A stretch of 64,000 nt of DNA from Chrysomallon squamiferum. Taxonomy: Eukaryota > Animalia > Mollusca. Positions 61,901-64,000 of this stretch are shown here, in pieces. Positions within the stretch are counted from its first letter, which is position 1. Each line of letters starts with the position of its first letter. The notes under the pieces are model-generated. The model ran no database searches. It was given only the letters and a program-made list of their open reading frames with translations, and had not been told where the DNA came from. The DNA lies in NCBI GenBank assembly GCA_012295275.1, contig CM022671.1, forward strand, positions 24,862,001 through 24,926,000, written 5' to 3'. The translations under genes were made by a program, and so were the position numbers.

Positions 61901-64000
61901 ATATGAAGAGAAAAGCAACACATATATGACTCAGTTTTTTAGAAGTTTTATTAAAAGACCTTAGTACTTTTGCATGTCTTTACATAATCTAACTGAAACC
62001 ACTGAAATACACGTTACTATTTTAGCTGGTATAAGTACTCCACCACAGTTTAATCAGCATCACCACTTTTAATACCTCTGTTAATATTATGAGTATTATT
62101 GTTATTATTAGAAGTAGAAATATTTAGAAACAGCTTATTACATAATATATATATATATATATACTTTTTTTTTACTGTGTTACGTTATACAAAAATATAT
62201 GTTTTCAGAATAATAATAATTTACAATAGTATAAGAAAACGATTGTGTCAGTGCCATTATATCTTCCTACCTAAACTAAACAGTGTTGTAAAAAACGATT
62301 AAAAAATAAACATAAAATACTACTTACGTCTTTACATAAACACAAAATGTTTGACACTTTGCAAACATACAGTACTGAACGGAATTTCAGTCTTGTTACT
62401 TAGAAATTTGTTGTGATTAGAAACAGTGACACATTTTCTTGTAGTGCAAAATGGGTTTCTAATAATAAGTTTTTTGAAGTTGTTGACTGTTTGATTTAAA
62501 CTGGATTAAAGTAAATTTTAATGGTCAGTTTACAAAAAAGTAATCTCCTCTCAATGTGAGAACTATAAGTGGCGTGGTTTCAGTTTATGTAATAGAATGT
62601 CACTTAATACTAAAACGTATGTTTCTACTGTTTTGAGTTTCGGTTTTCATCCTGCTCAGATGTTGTTGTAAAGGTTAATCCGTATCTGTAAGAAAATTTT
62701 AAGTGTTAACAGAAGGGCAAGAAACACAATTTTTCTGAACTTGGCAGAAATCTGTTATATATTGTTAGAAAAATAAAAACAGTTAAGACCTGGATAAAAC
62801 TTTTAAAAATAAAAATTGTATTTTTAAATCGCATAATAAAAATATGCTGCAATGTCAGATTGGTTGTTACTGGCTTTGCTTTGTTAGAAAAATATTGTTA
62901 TCACTAGGCTTGGTACAGGTTTGTTCAAGAAAGAGACATTACATAATTCGTATCAATATAATATAATGTAATGCAATGTAATATAACATAAACATTTGTA
63001 CTTAGTTTTTTTTTTGCAGATGTTTGCTACAGTCAGCATGCAAATGTCATAGATTGGTGTTTAAAAAGTGTGAAAATGCGTCTAACCGAAAACTTCGTTC
63101 AAGAAAGAGACATGACATTACATAATTCTTCTCAATATAATATAATGTAATATAAACATTTGGGTCATGCATGTTTTGATGCTACAAAGCAAAACCTCCA
63201 TTAAAGCAAACCAATTATCCATTTAGATATATTAAAATTACATTTTTAAAATTTTGTGTTGTTATTATCCTCCACCTTAAAATGTACTTAATTATGAAGT
63301 ATTATGCGATGCCATGCAACATTTCTTACATTATTTACCCATTTTATTTAGACGAATTACAAAATAAGTATTTTACTTTTGTGAGTATTGGTTATTGTGA
63401 GACCAAAACGTACAGGACAAAAATATACTGTAATATCAGATTTCTTAAAACACAACAAAAAACCCATTACGAATTATTAATATACACAAAACAGTCAGCA
63501 TGAAAACACATAAATATAAATAATCTCTTTATGCGCACAGAAATTACAAACAGTTTATGGTTTCTTCGTGAAATGCAATCTTTCACGACATGAAAAATTA
63601 ACGTAGATCAAATTATATATTAGAATCTTTTATATTATTTATTTATTTGTTTAATTATTTATTGAATTTTATTTGACTTTTTTCTTCTTTTTATTTCATT
63701 TTACTTTTATTTTATTTTATTATTATTATTTTTTTTTGGTACATATTATTGCAAATATATTCTGTTGACAAAGACTTTTCTAAAGAAATCATTTTTAGAA
63801 AACAGCTTGGGTTTTCCTATCATCACGATCACGATAACCAAAGACAACGTCAATTGTATGACATCTAACTGTACTTGCACTGCATTGTTCTTAATAAATA
63901 TTAATACCCTACTATTAGTATCAGCAGCATACAGTTCATACAGTGATGCAGAGTTCATGACACGAAGAAAATCTAAACATAGCCATTACTGTCCATCGTT

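Larger units (their letters stand above)
54974..63625. repeat. Large diverged inverted duplication (left arm ~54974-59420, right arm ~60722-63625, ~1.3-kb spacer)
   Basis: Reverse-complement matches in nested order: 55.0k/63.6k, 56.05k/62.65k, 57.3k/62.0k, 57.8k/61.4k, 58.27k/61.14k, 59.25k/60.88k. Confidence 0.9.

Overview
AT-rich, microsatellite-dense eukaryotic (invertebrate-like) genomic DNA. The species cannot be determined from the sequence alone. Main contents: (1) the 5' part of a minus-strand multi-exon gene for a secreted protein (signal peptide - ChtBD2 chitin-binding domain - 3x EGF - further Cys-rich module), running off the left edge. (2) A plus-strand tandem array of eight intronless rhodopsin-like 7TM receptor copies in three subfamilies (A1-A3 at 15-26 kb, B1-B3 at 34-40 kb, C1-C2 at 47-55 kb). 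Every canonical class A activation motif is replaced (DRY->VLS/VLC, CWxP->SQxP, NPxxY->KLxxY/NVxxY, no Y5.58, Lys at 3.39). Several copies are broken only by 1-nt homopolymer indels (probably assembly errors); two are true pseudogenes. (3) Two degenerate FLYWCH/MULE transposons, a MITE with a 4-bp TSD, two tRNA-derived SINEs and a 34-bp minisatellite. (4) A diverged ~8.6-kb inverted duplication at the right end with a 117-bp perfectly identical core. All alignments and residue numbering were done by eye; no database search was run.
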